NCBI GenBank assembly: GCA_008632985.1 | Contig: QPGO01000021.1 | Span: forward strand, 682,001-746,000 | Source of the DNA: Psammoneis japonica | Lineage: Eukaryota | Length of the DNA stretch: 64,000 nucleotides | Direction of reading: 5' to 3' | Shown here: positions 10,188 through 21,803 of the stretch, one piece after another | How the letters are laid out: every line of letters starts with the position of its first letter | Numbering within the stretch: the stretch's first letter is position 1 | The notes under the pieces: generated by a model | Seen by the model: the letters and a program-made list of their open reading frames with translations, nothing else | Databases searched by the model: none | What the model was told of the DNA's origin: nothing | Position numbers and translations under genes: made by a program

Positions 10188-12764
10188 ATGCCCACTTCGA
10201 CCCTTGAGGCGCCAATCATGAAGGCGTCTAGGGCCCCTTCTACCATAAGTGGCGATAAGTCTGCAATCAAAACGTTTGACGCGTTTCAAGACAAAAAACA
10301 AGACAAGCCGTTTCACGGATTGGAGGAACGTCATGTGGATGGATGCCACCTCAGGACACTTATGATGCGCTTCAGCAAGTTCTTGTCGGATGAGCCCATC
10401 CATCGGTGTGACAATCCCTCCAACGGGCTAGTGGGAATTGACGGAAAGCAGCGAATTTTTGGAAAGGTCAAAGAAGCGCTAAAAATGAAGTTCCCCAAGC
10501 ACCCTGACTGGGAAGACGAGGACAAGTGGTACAAGCCTCTGTTCAAAGATGTGGCAAAGGCCACTGATAAAGCCAACCTCCTTGGCATGGAGCATTCTGA
10601 CAAAAGGACTTTGCCCCTGGTTCCAAACGTGTCTTCAGAATATGTTCGAGCCAAGCAGCGAAATACTATTCTTACGTCTGACAGAAATTCAATGTTGAGA
10701 CGCGAGAACGGTGCATTCGCAAACGACATCGAGACGTTGCTTCTTGCTCTTGTTCTGCAATGCAATTATCCAATGATGAATGATGGCCCTCTTCAGCAGC
10801 GTTGCTGGATTTTGATGGGTGCTATGGCTGCTGGACGTGGAGGGGAAGTGAGGTATCAACGGCACGATGAATGGTTCTGGGATTTATTTTATGAGAATTT
10901 GGAAGCAACGTGGTGTGAGCCGAAGACTGTGGATTTGTATGGACTCCTCTTCCCACCAAACAAAAAGTCTCATCTCTTTGATCTCTACCATGCTTTCGCG
11001 TGTTTCTATTCTTGTGAGAAAGGTCTCTATCGTCCAGACAGCATGGAGAAGGAGCTCCACAAGTGCACTTTTCCAGACTTGTGGAGCGTGAGCGACAAGC
11101 ATGTTGCCGCTAAGTTGACGTCTATTGTTCGAAGCAAGGTCAACCCGGTTCTACAGAACGATTATTCTTCCAAGTCTGTTCGAGTTGGCATGGCTACATT
11201 CTTGAATTCGCATCGAGGAGTGTCAGTTGAAGAAGCGGACGCTCGAGTTGGATGGGCGCCCGGAGCTGCCAATGGCAAGACTTACAAACGAATTACACCG
11301 CAGCTCACTCTTCCAGCGGCAAACGCGATGATGGGCTGGGATGACACTGCCGGCAAGAAATTTGCTCCAAACTTGGAATGCCTTGGGAGCCATGTACAAG
11401 ATGATGTTGAACGTCTCATTGAAAAATTGCACATGATCTCTGACTCTCTTGCTCAATTTCTGAAAGGAGGGGAGCTGCGTCCCTTCTTGCGTTCTTGCAC
11501 GGCTAGTGTGATTCGGCATCACGCTGAAGTTTCGAAGGAGCTTCGTCAAAACCATCAAATCGTGTACACGTTGGAGCGTGCTGCAGCAGAAGCGAAGATT
11601 CGTGATGGTGACACGGCTGACACCTCACAAGTGCTTCGGATCTGGGGAAAGAAAATAGACGCTAGCTTTCAAGACCGCAACCCGGATCTTTCAAGTGACA
11701 TCAACCTTGCTTTACAGATAAAGCAGCAGAATGAGCTACTGTCTCGTGTATCATCAGTGTGTGATGCACAACGTACCGAGCTTTCCGAGCAAGCCCACGC
11801 GATTCGCAACTTGGAGATGGCTCAGCTTGAGGCCAATCAGTCCAGTAAGAAAAGGAATGTTGAACTCCCATCATCGGAGGAGGAAGATAGCACGACGGAT
11901 TTTGCGGACGAAAAAATATCCAATCGAGACGGCGGCATCGAGTGCAACGTCATTGATGAAAACGCCGGCTCCACTCAAAACAACAATGTGGCTGCCTGTG
12001 CTGTAAGCCCACCAGATGCTGATGCTGCTACTACTGATGATGGTGACGCGCCGGCTGCTTCTCGACGTCGTGTGGATTCTGACGAGTCAGCCACTGCGAC
12101 TCAGCCTGTCACGGCCTCCACGCGAAAGCAACGACCTCCCGCTGTCGCGACACTGTTCTCGGCCGGAGTTGTGAGTAAGAAGTTTTCAAACAAAAAGAAA
12201 AAGAAACTGACATTGCAGGAGCAAGTGGATGGCTTGGTAAACAGCACAGGCGCAAAAATCTCTCTGCATGTATGCCTGAGTTTCTTCAAGCAGCATGGAC
12301 ACCTTTCTTCGTCATCCAAGGAGCGGCTTTTGCACCTCAAGTTTCCAAACAGTGAAGCAGAGCCACAGAAGTTTAAAGCAGCTATGGAGCTCCTAGAACA
12401 CGTCATGACGGAAGACCAGTGGCATACGATGCGCATTCATGACCATGCATCCGTCGAATTCCACAATGTTTGTTACGCCGTGCAAAACACTTGCCTGCAA
12501 AAAATGAGAAAGATGGAAGAAGACGCTGGCATGAAGAGCCCCCTGGATAACAAGAAGAAGGGAAGAGCACAGCCTACCTTCATAGGTCTAGGTGCTCGAG
12601 TCACAGCGTACAAGAAGAATCAGAACACATCAACCATCGGCGAGCAGCGAACGAGCGTCTTGGTGGGGTTTGTGAAAAAGGTTGCATCCAAAGCTTCTGG
12701 AACTAGTCCGAAAAAACCCGTGAACCCACATGCAAAGAATCAGGTGAAAGTAAAATGTATGTAA
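10188..12764 (+). CDS. Tyrosine recombinase, Crypton-like (858 aa)
   Basis: Catalytic order R (AGRGGE), K (EPKT), [H->K]xxR (SKSVRVG), W (RVGW), Y (GKTY); long coiled-coil/disordered C-terminus; intronless. Confidence 0.75.
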   Translation: MPTSTLEAPIMKASRAPSTISGDKSAIKTFDAFQDKKQDKPFHGLEERHVDGCHLRTLMMRFSKFLSDEPIHRCDNPSNGLVGIDGKQRIFGKVKEALKMKFPKHPDWEDEDKWYKPLFKDVAKATDKANLLGMEHSDKRTLPLVPNVSSEYVRAKQRNTILTSDRNSMLRRENGAFANDIETLLLALVLQCNYPMMNDGPLQQRCWILMGAMAAGRGGEVRYQRHDEWFWDLFYENLEATWCEPKTVDLYGLLFPPNKKSHLFDLYHAFACFYSCEKGLYRPDSMEKELHKCTFPDLWSVSDKHVAAKLTSIVRSKVNPVLQNDYSSKSVRVGMATFLNSHRGVSVEEADARVGWAPGAANGKTYKRITPQLTLPAANAMMGWDDTAGKKFAPNLECLGSHVQDDVERLIEKLHMISDSLAQFLKGGELRPFLRSCTASVIRHHAEVSKELRQNHQIVYTLERAAAEAKIRDGDTADTSQVLRIWGKKIDASFQDRNPDLSSDINLALQIKQQNELLSRVSSVCDAQRTELSEQAHAIRNLEMAQLEANQSSKKRNVELPSSEEEDSTTDFADEKISNRDGGIECNVIDENAGSTQNNNVAACAVSPPDADAATTDDGDAPAASRRRVDSDESATATQPVTASTRKQRPPAVATLFSAGVVSKKFSNKKKKKLTLQEQVDGLVNSTGAKISLHVCLSFFKQHGHLSSSSKERLLHLKFPNSEAEPQKFKAAMELLEHVMTEDQWHTMRIHDHASVEFHNVCYAVQNTCLQKMRKMEEDAGMKSPLDNKKKGRAQPTFIGLGARVTAYKKNQNTSTIGEQRTSVLVGFVKKVASKASGTSPKKPVNPHAKNQVKVKCM

Positions 12765-12799
12765 AGTAATTGTGTGTCACTGTACCAACAGAAGCTCAC

Positions 12800-13260
12800 A
12801 GAACTGTCTATTTCAAATTTGGTGCGGCGCAACGACTCCAGATTTTGCGTCCGCCAGATTGTCATGCGTCCGATCTATTCAGACGAAAAATGCACACTTT
12901 TCATGCCGACGGCTCCACAACTTGCCAGTCAAAGAAGTGCACCAAAGTAAGGCATAGCACATGCCAAGTGAAATAACACACTGTCTATTTCAAATTTGGT
13001 TCAGAGAGACGACCGTGCGTCCAGCCGATTCAGACGAAGCAAGTGCTTGTCTCACGACACAAGTGGGCTAAAATGAAACATGACTGCTCTAGGCACACGT
13101 CAAGTGAGCAGGTGATGCAGTGCTTGTTATAATCGTGTGGAATTATTTGTTTCAAATTCGCTTCAATTCGACTGCTGTACGTCCGGCAGATTCGGACGAA
13201 GCAAGTGCCTTTTTCGCCGACAAGTGTGACACTTGCCAATCATCTTGATACAACACTGTG
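12800..13260. repeat. Three diverged ~170-bp tandem units, the last being the RusA 3' end
   Basis: TTTCAAATT..CGTCC..ATTC[AG]GACGAA recurs at ~12804, ~12981 and ~13143. Confidence 0.7.
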
Positions 13261-13790
13261 TTTAAGCTGTCCAAAACAAACTTACAGAGATTGTCAATGT
13301 CTCCTGCATCCTTGAGACTCTTCCCAGGAAAAGTAAATTCAATCCGAGCCTTCAACAACACACCGTCACGGAACTTTGGTGCTGAATCTAGTCTTGATCG
13401 GCAGAGATCTGATGCCACACTTGCAAACTCTTTCTCATCAGCTTGGTTTGGATTGCAAACATTTCCATTCCACCCATGCTTTGGTCTTGACTTTGGCATT
13501 GGCTTTCCGACAACGTCAAATTCAATGGAAGATCCGGTGTGTGAAAATGTGGGCGTGTCCGAGATGGAGAATTTGGGCGATCGGATCTTTCGAGGACGCC
13601 CTCGTTTCTTCTTCCTTGATGGTTCACCTTTGCCAGCACTGCCAAATCTTGATGATGCCGGTGGGTTTGGAGCAACAGCCACACTCTCAAAGTCTTTTCC
13701 ACCTTCGTCGTCGCTTGCGCTGTCTACAACTGTTGCGTCGTCGGCAGTTCCTCCCTCAAAACTTCGCTTCTTAACCATTCTGCCATCCAC
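13152..13790 (-). CDS. rusA: RusA-like Holliday junction resolvase with N-terminal AT-hook
   Basis: GKPMPKSRP, DIDNLCKFVLDSL and LYQDDWQV match RusA motifs; KKKRGRPRK is an AT-hook/NLS. First in-frame ATG is at 13778. Confidence 0.85.
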   Translation of the reverse strand: MDGRMVKKRSFEGGTADDATVVDSASDDEGGKDFESVAVAPNPPASSRFGSAGKGEPSRKKKRGRPRKIRSPKFSISDTPTFSHTGSSIEFDVVGKPMPKSRPKHGWNGNVCNPNQADEKEFASVASDLCRSRLDSAPKFRDGVLLKARIEFTFPGKSLKDAGDIDNLCKFVLDSLNTVLYQDDWQVSHLSAKKALASSESAGRTAVELKRI

Positions 13791-14057
13791 TGCACTTTGG
13801 GTATTCAGGAAACTTCTCTACAGTATCCTCCACAGTGCAGTAGGAGAAAAGGCCTTCCGTATGAGGATTCGCGTGCGACGGTAACATGTTTCCATCGCTC
13901 ATCGCGTGAGCTTTCGTGTTTCGATTGATTTTTGATTTTTTTTCAAATTTCAAGACGACTCAACGCACGACTTGACGCACGACTTAACGCACTCTCACGA
14001 TTCACAGCCAAGATTCAACGGACGAACTTTTTTTCCTCCGCGCGCCCCCTCCGTTTC

Positions 14058-14140
14058 CCAACTTTCAGCCGAAAGTTGGAGCGCTTCGCGCTCCAAAAGG
14101 GGGCAACTTTCGCCGAAAGTTCGCGCTGCGCGCGAAAGTT
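14058..14140. repeat. Cluster of four hairpins, candidate right end of the YR-RusA element
   Basis: CCAACTTTC-agcc-GAAAGTTGG; TTGGAGCGC-ttc-GCGCTCCAA; AACTTTCG-c-CGAAAGTT; TTCGCGC-tgc-GCGCGAA. Confidence 0.65.
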
Positions 14141-14249
14141 CAATTTTTCCGTGCACGCCTGCTCTGCGGTCCAAATCATTTCGGTTGTTGGCAACTTGTT
14201 GTGATCCTGTCAATGCAGTTTTGCTGTGGGAGTGTCAACAAATGCCGTG

Positions 14250-15700
14250 GTCAATGGACCTGGTCACGGTTCCATTGGCATTGTTTTGTGGGTCTGGTTT
14301 TTGTCCCCAGGAGCAAAAGAAGCACTTTGTCGAGCCAGCGGGTCAATCATGTCACCAAAACAGAATCCTGCCAGGCTTCCTGTGCTGCTTGTTGCACTTG
14401 CCTTAGTTTCTGCATTGGCTGTGGGTTCCTTGCAGCACCAATGCAACCTTTGAATTGTCAGTGCAACAGGTGCCAATTGAGGATTCCAAATGATGAATCG
14501 TGCGAACATCAAAGGGCCAATCAGCATCACGAAGATTGTCTCCCCACACTTGCCCACAAATTTAAAATCTTTGATGCCTTGGTCCTGTGCCATTTGTTTG
14601 ACAGCTTTGATGTGTGCATCGGTTGAGGGGGCGGAGGCACATTTGCAGGGGTTGAGCAGCTTCCCTCCCATGTGCAGGTTCATGAAAACAACAGATGCTG
14701 TTGATGCCCTGCAAACAACACATGCTGTTGATGCCCTGCATTTCCATGGTGTTTTTGTGGGGTCATTCTCAACATGGGATGAAACAAATTCCCCAAATCT
14801 GAGCTGCACAAGTGTTTGTTGCAGTCAAGAAGAATGCGGTGTTGCATGGTGGCATGCAGGCTGTGGGTGTTGGAAATGCCCTCTTTCTGTGGATGCACAC
14901 TCACCATGGTCATGTTCTCAATGACTGCATGTTCACACATCATGGGCCATGGCATGGCTTTGAAGGGCACATGGTGCACAGCAGCCTGCGTCATTTCTTT
15001 TATGACCTCGATGCTGACTGCACTCAACCTTGGGTGCATGGTCACTTGCATTCACTGCTGGCAAAAGCTTGAGGTTCATCCCCTCCCATCAGCCACATCA
15101 GCAAGCATGGCCTTGAACTCTGGGTTGCATTTGACAAAATTGATCTTGAACATTGCCTTGTTGTGTTGCCACAGGCCCAGCACCAAATCTGTGTGCTTCT
15201 TGGAACTCAGCTTCACACCACTCAACCAACACTTGATTGTCTTGTCAACAGCATGCAGCAGCTCAATGCCACAAAAACTTCCACAATGTTGCTGCTGCAC
15301 AGCGTCATTCCCTCTGCTTTTGTCAGGTGTCTCAGGTGGTGTTGCAATCATGCCATTCCTTGCACGGGAACAGTGTGCTTGTTCAGTCTTGCCTTTGGCA
15401 CGGCAACAGTTTGGCGCCAAATGTCCACCATTCTGTCTGCATCCTCTGACACAAGAATGGACAGATTTTTTGCCTGGTTGGAATGCAGGAATGTTTGAAA
15501 TCTCCAACACTGGGTGTTCCGGCCTCGTGGCACAGTTGCAGCGCTGCTGCCTCAGCATTTCTTACCTCTCTCTTGAAGCAGCCTGCTTTGTTGTGCTTCA
15601 CGATTGAGTTGGTGCTTGGGTCAGGTGTGATCGTTGATGGTTTCAATGTCAGTGTCTCTGAAGGGAAGTTGGTGTGCTCAGTGTCTCGTCCAGTGATCTC
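14250..15700 (-). mobile_element. Decayed Copia-type integrase remnant
   Basis: Fragments PSVGDFKH, VDIW..KARL and SIEVIKE...HHVPFKAMP...HPQKEGIS resemble Copia integrase regions; frameshifted and TpA-depleted. Confidence 0.55.
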
Positions 15701-16223
15701 GCAATGTGTTCACCCTGCTCAAATTCTTTCTGCATGTGTCCACAGCAGATCTTCCTCTTGACATCTTCGCATGTCATGTTGGGTGCATCACTGTTCAGGG
15801 TTGAAGAATGGAACTTTATCTCATGCATTGTTCATGGCTTTTCACTTGTTTTCTGCAGTCCCCTGCTGCTTGTGGTGCAAGTGTGAATGGCCTTGTGGAC
15901 TTCCACTGAATCTGTGTGCACTCAACAAGTGCCAGCACCTCTTTGAAGTGAATGCCAAAAATGTGTCCAGTCAAACACCGAATTCTTTGCATGCAAGCTC
16001 TTGAGATTGGTGCAATCGTTGTGTTTCTCGCATCATCGATGGAAAAGGGCAAGTTGGACAACGGGCACGGGCGACGGAGCGACGACCATGATGAGAAATG
16101 ATGATTTGCTGACGTGGAAGCACGACTCGCATTCCTCTTCTGCATCCGCCATCCACAACGTCAGTGCGTGGCAGCGAAGCGAGGAGAAGTGGTCACTTTT
16201 CGTCCAGATAGATTGAGAGAAGG

Positions 16224-17479
16224 ATGGGCTATTCGAACCTCACCAGCTGCTGCAGTCGTGCTGCGCTCTTTTTTTCCTTGGTCTCCCTGTTTGTGATGGA
16301 AAAGACAGCAACAAATGCTTTTACCGTTGGGGGGCGACGCTCTTTTGGGACCAGAAGCCCTAGACTATTTGCTGCGCCGCCAGAAACGACAGTGCAGGTG
16401 ACCGACGTGGAAGAGGCCGTAGAAGCTCTGCAGGAGGCGGAAATTTTCGAGCCGGCAGTAGAAGAAGTTGTAACAGAAGATGAGGAGGTCATTATTGCCA
16501 TTGAAAATGATCTGCCAGAACCTCCTGCCGATCTCGACAAGGAAACCTTGACTGAAGATATTGAACGAGTCTTGTTAGAAAACGAAACGGCTCTGTCTCC
16601 TCCAGAAATCGCTTCTGAAGGTGCCTCTGTCAACCAGCCAGAGCTCGAAGAAGCTGCCATTTCGGCATCGCTTTACATGAACCCTGCCACAGCCAAGATT
16701 GCCAGCAATCTCGTTATTACCTGGGAACCGACTGCAGCAGAGCTTTTATCGCACATGGTTCTTCTAAGTAATCCCAATCGTCCCCTGATGATTGGATTGG
16801 TGGGAATCCCTGGAAGTGGTAAAAGCACATCAGCTGAGATTTTGGCTGCTCTGCTCAACACTACTGACTCGGAAAAAGAAGCCATTGTCATGCCCATGGA
16901 TGGATTTCACCTTTCATTAGAAACACTTGGCCAGATGCCGAATGCGCCGGATATGATTTATAGACGAGGAGCTCCAGATACCTTTGACCCTCATGGGCTA
17001 GCCGTCGCATTGGAGCGCATTCGGTCGGGGAATGAAACGACCGTCACGATACCGGGCTTTGATCACGCCAAAGGGGACCCCGTGCCAAATCAACACACAT
17101 TTGATCGTTCACGTCATAACGTTGTCATTTGTGAGGGCATTTATCTGCTGCATGACAATGACGGATGGGAAAACATCAAGAGTTTCTTTGACTGGACAAT
17201 CTACATTGACGCCGATGTTGACGCATGCATTGAACGACTGAAAGAGCGAAACAAGTGCATTCCGGTAAGTAGATGATTTGATGCTGCCTGCCTATGCATA
17301 AGATGGATTTTGCAGTATGCCTTTATCACTACTTTTTGACCCTTCTACCTTTGATTCAGGGGTACACACCAGAAGAGATTGAGACTCGTTGCGACGTTGT
17401 TGATCGATCGAACGCAGAACTTTCGCGTGATGGGGCTCGCAAGTTTGCCAGCCAGATTGTCGGCTCCGGTGCTTCCTAA
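16224..17479 (+). CDS. Plastid-targeted P-loop kinase (uridine/pantothenate kinase-like, YggC/YFH7 type); exons 16224-17264 and 17360-17479
   Basis: Signal peptide ending TNA-F; GIPGSGKST, MDGFH, RRGAPDTFD, FDHAKGDP, EGIYLL; removing the GTAAGT..TTCAG intron restores CIPGYTPEE. Confidence 0.85.
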
Positions 17480-19634
17480 ACTGCCAATGCTTGGGTTCCC
17501 TTTTCCGATGTTGACTAGTGAAAAATGTGCGCCTGCGATCTCTCTGTCAATCAAAGAGACTTTGCTACGTTCAAGGGCTACTCGTTTGCAGAGAGTAGAA
17601 AGCAGTCGGTAGTTTCGGCAGCAGCAGGAACTGCGCAGCATCAGCTTTCATAGTTAATGTCGCGCCATCCAACTCAAATAGCTCGTCGTGTATACAGATC
17701 ACCTTTGTCTTTCGTCATATTCTGAGATCGAGTTCTCTAGCGTCTTCTCCACTTCTACACAGTAGCGACTATGTGGTTTCCAACAAAACAATACCTCTAG
17801 CGTCGGCCTTCACTACATAGGTCCCATTCTTGAGAGGAGTAGGGCGGTGTTGGGGAAAGCGGAACGTCGAGTACATCACGAGCATGGATATCACCCGTGC
17901 GGATTTTTGTGACACTTTTGAGTTGAGTCAATGGGATCAAGAATTTGGCAGCGGTAAGAAAGATGTATGTCGACGCGTAAACCAAAGCGTCTAGGAAAGT
18001 TTGTACGGAGGTCCCATCTTGCGGAAGCAATGAGAACAACAGATGTTTTGCCAAAGAAGCAGCCTACTGGCAGGCCCAGCACCAAGTTTTATTGGTTCAT
18101 GGACAGAAGCTGAATACTAAAAGTGTTTTGCCAGTAACGAGACCAAACAAACTAAAATAACGTTAGGCGGCACGCACGCTTTACGCAATCTGACGACACG
18201 CCGCTACACCCCTAAGCTCCGCCTGTCCCGCGAATAAACTGCGTCTCGGAAAGTGCAAACAACATTGGAGACGCGATCCTTTGTGGTTCGAATCCGTTTT
18301 GTCACGGCACTATAATTCTTAATTCTCCGCTTCCGATGCCCAAAGCAAGGGGTTGGTCCAAAAAGACTTTTGTCAAAGAAAAACACGCAAAGGCAGCAAA
18401 GTCGTCAATGGAGAAAAAGGCGTCATAATTTTTTCGGAATCTGCTGGTGGCCTTGATTGCGCACGGATTTCTTGTCCAAGGAGACAAAAGGCTGATGCGT
18501 GGAACCCGAGCCAATGACATTGCACATGTCGACAATCGAGCAAAAATGCTCAAAACTCAATTCAAGCATACAAACATGCACAAATGCGACAAAATCGGGC
18601 GAGGTCGAGAGTGATCGAATCAATATCCGACCGACACGGACAAAACTGCGACTCCTCGATCGAACTCAAGTCTCGCAATCCGTTTCTCCTGTGTGCTCGT
18701 TGGATCATGGCGTAAACAAACGACACGGTCTCTTGCGATACAAATGTCCGCACCAATCGATCAAGCATTGTCTTGGCGGAGATTTTCATCCCGACCAATG
18801 ATCTCTAGACGGATATTGACGACCAAAACGAAATCAACCCAAGAAAATCATTGTGACAAATCCGACACTCGTGTTCATCACAATCCGGAAAAAGATACAC
18901 AAGCATGAATCAAAGCTGTTGCTAGCAAGAAGAAGAGCTCAACAGCATTTTTTCCTGTCTCACTCTCGAACTGAATAATCAGCTCTTACGAAGATTCCTC
19001 GGTTTTTGGCGCGGAGACGCTCTCAATTTGTGAGTTGACACAACTGACTCCGAGTCATGCAAAAAATGGCGGGAAAACCAAATGCATCTAACAGTGTCTG
19101 TATAGTTGAATATACTGTAAAAGATACCATCGTACAACTGTTATCAGATTTTACGTGACTGCACCGACGACTAAAAAAGTCGCGATCGGAACGTTCAAAT
19201 CGCTTTACACATATGATTATATTAATCCTTTCTAATTTTGATAACAAAGAAAGAAGTCCATATAATGATCAGAATTGAATAATGTTAATTAAAATTTGTT
19301 AACCGTTGATTTCAGAGTCGTGTTGATTGTACACAACGAATACGAGTGTCACAACACGTCAGGTCGATTTTTACACGACTCGGTCCGTTGAGTCTGACAA
19401 AAATTCAAAATGGCGGGAAACGGTATTTTTTGTTTGAATAGGCATACTCAACGTTTGAATAGGAATTTTCTATTGCAACGACTATAAACCGTGGCATTGC
19501 TTTCTCGCTCCAAGGGACTCATCTCGTCACGCTCGATCGGCGCCCGCGGAACATGCAAAAACAAGAAGCGCCTCTTTTTCACGCTGTCTTCTCAAACCCG
19601 TAAAGCAAAACAATAACAACAACTTCTTTATGCC

Positions 19635-21189
19635 ATGGCAACCACAACTACAACGACAAGTGCCATGATTCCATGGTACAAATCGTTGCAAGATCAAAAC
19701 AACGGCACATGGATGAGTTCGGTGGTGGAGCAATCGATTGAATTGTTGACGCTTTGTGATGGACAGTGCCGTAGCCCTACGCAACAAAACACAGACAATC
19801 CAAGTACTACACGACAAGCATCCCACACTACTACTACTACTCCACAACAACCTCAACAAAAACCTCAATCTCCACCAAAACCTCGTGATTATGCAAAATT
19901 ACACGATGAATTCCTCGAAGCGCTCTTGTATGAACAGCAGCAATTGAGTTTATCCTGCGAAGGAGATTCGGCCTCGATTGGGTCCTCTACCACACTCACG
20001 CGAGACTTGTCGCGCCTTTCCTCGTGCTCCACGATACTCATGGTACCGTCGAATGATTCGTCACTGGACAGCAACAACAAGAAACGACGGTTACCACGAC
20101 GACAAAGCACGCGTTCCTCTTTACGAAAAGTTGCAAATCTCGATTCTCTCTTGCTCCAGAAAGCAGAAAACAATCGCCAATATCCCGATCCCACTTCGTT
20201 TTTAGATCAAGATTGTTTGTTGCAAAAAGATAAAGGCCTCGGTGAAGAGCCGGGACTGGCCGTGTGTGCTCGAGGACGACACGCGTGTCTGCAGAAACTC
20301 CAATCCAAAATGAAAATGCTGACTCTGAGCAGCACCAAGCGGGGGATTTCCGATCTCAAGAGACTCCAAGCACGCGTGACGGAACGAGCCAGTGGCTACA
20401 CGGAAACGCGATCGGTCTTTAGCTTCAAGGTGGGATTCATGACGATGCAATACGGTGTGTTGTTTCGATGGATGGCTGGCTCCAAGATTGGATTGGTGGT
20501 GTTGCGAAAAATGTGTGATGATGACTTTTTGGCGAAAGCGTCCTCTGCCAATTCTACCAAGCGATTGGTACCGCCTCCACCGGAATGGCTTGTGATGGGA
20601 GGAAACCACGCATTGATTCAATTGCAAGATGGTACCGAAGTGGCACTGTTGGATGCTCCCTATCGAGTGGAACGGCCCATTAGCTTTCAACCCTCGCGGC
20701 TATTGGCGAGACTGACGCATTTGGAAGGACTCAACCTATCCTCTATTTGGTTTCTCAAACTCAAACTGGCGGATGACGAGTACGGTTCAATTGTGTCTGG
20801 ACGAGGCCAAGCAACAATGGTACAGCAAGGAACCGTTTGAATGGGAAGTGCCGCTCTTGGTGGATGACGCGTGTCTCGAATTGGCGCTGTTGGAACAAAA
20901 GCGTCCCTCCCGGGCCCGCAAAAAGCTACGTCTCGAATCGAGCGTGCCACTGGCGTTTGATTCCAAAAAGGTTTCGGAACAACGCCATTTTGGTATTGAC
21001 GAAAACGGCTACAAGATTTCAATCACGGTGTTTTATCAATCCGACTATGCCTATTGGCTCTTTCAAGAATTGGAGGCTCGAAAACATTCGGTGGAAATGC
21101 AATTTGTCAACAAGGCGCCACTGCCGACGCCTCGAAATGATTTGGAAGAGGAGGCTGAGTATTTTTGGGATTTGTGTTGTGTGTGTTGA
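19635..21189 (+). CDS. Hypothetical protein with possible C-terminal C2-like domain, split by a frameshift near 20770
   Basis: Two long overlapping ORFs (19635-20840 and 20773-21189) with normal composition and no usable intron in the overlap. Confidence 0.6.
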
Positions 21190-21803
21190 AATCAGTAGAA
21201 TATGCTATGGTGTACACTGCGAATAATTATAGAGATTCTTCAAGTTACTAGCAGAGAGAGAGCTAGATGTTGTTGGAGTACAGCAATTCGTTCTTTTTGT
21301 TTAGAGTCTTTACTAGAGCATTGATTTCACATTTGGAAAGGCGATGTAAGACCTGCATGTGCATTGACGAATCCAAGAGAGCGCGAATCGTTTCAGCCGG
21401 CTTTTATGCATCGTGCTTATGAAACAAGACAAGCATACCGCACATGCGCAAGCAGGAAAACAGTTCTGCCCATGTACATCGAATGTAAACAAGAGATGGA
21501 GATACTACTCTACTGTACTCTCCGCAGATGGATAGGCTGCTCTACGGTGCCTACTATCCGGAACATGCGATTTGCCCACATACGCGACAACACAATTTCC
21601 CGTCTCCTGCCCACAGCACCTCGGCGTGTTGTTGTGCGCTTGTTGGTCTCTTCGAAGCTACTTTTGTGATCCAATATTTTACCGCATACATAAAATACGA
21701 AGAGCCTAATATCCTACCAGTAGGCACCGTATTTGAAGAAAAAAGAGAAACTTATATTGGCTATTAGGCAGTCAAATTATTTTAAAGTACAGGGTCGTTG
21801 TTT

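Noticed and set aside
13258..13884. 208-aa plus-strand ORF
   Set aside because: Antisense shadow of the RusA gene.
17600..18900. Possible gene in the TA-normal interval
   Set aside because: Only short ORFs without recognisable motifs; no exon structure could be supported.
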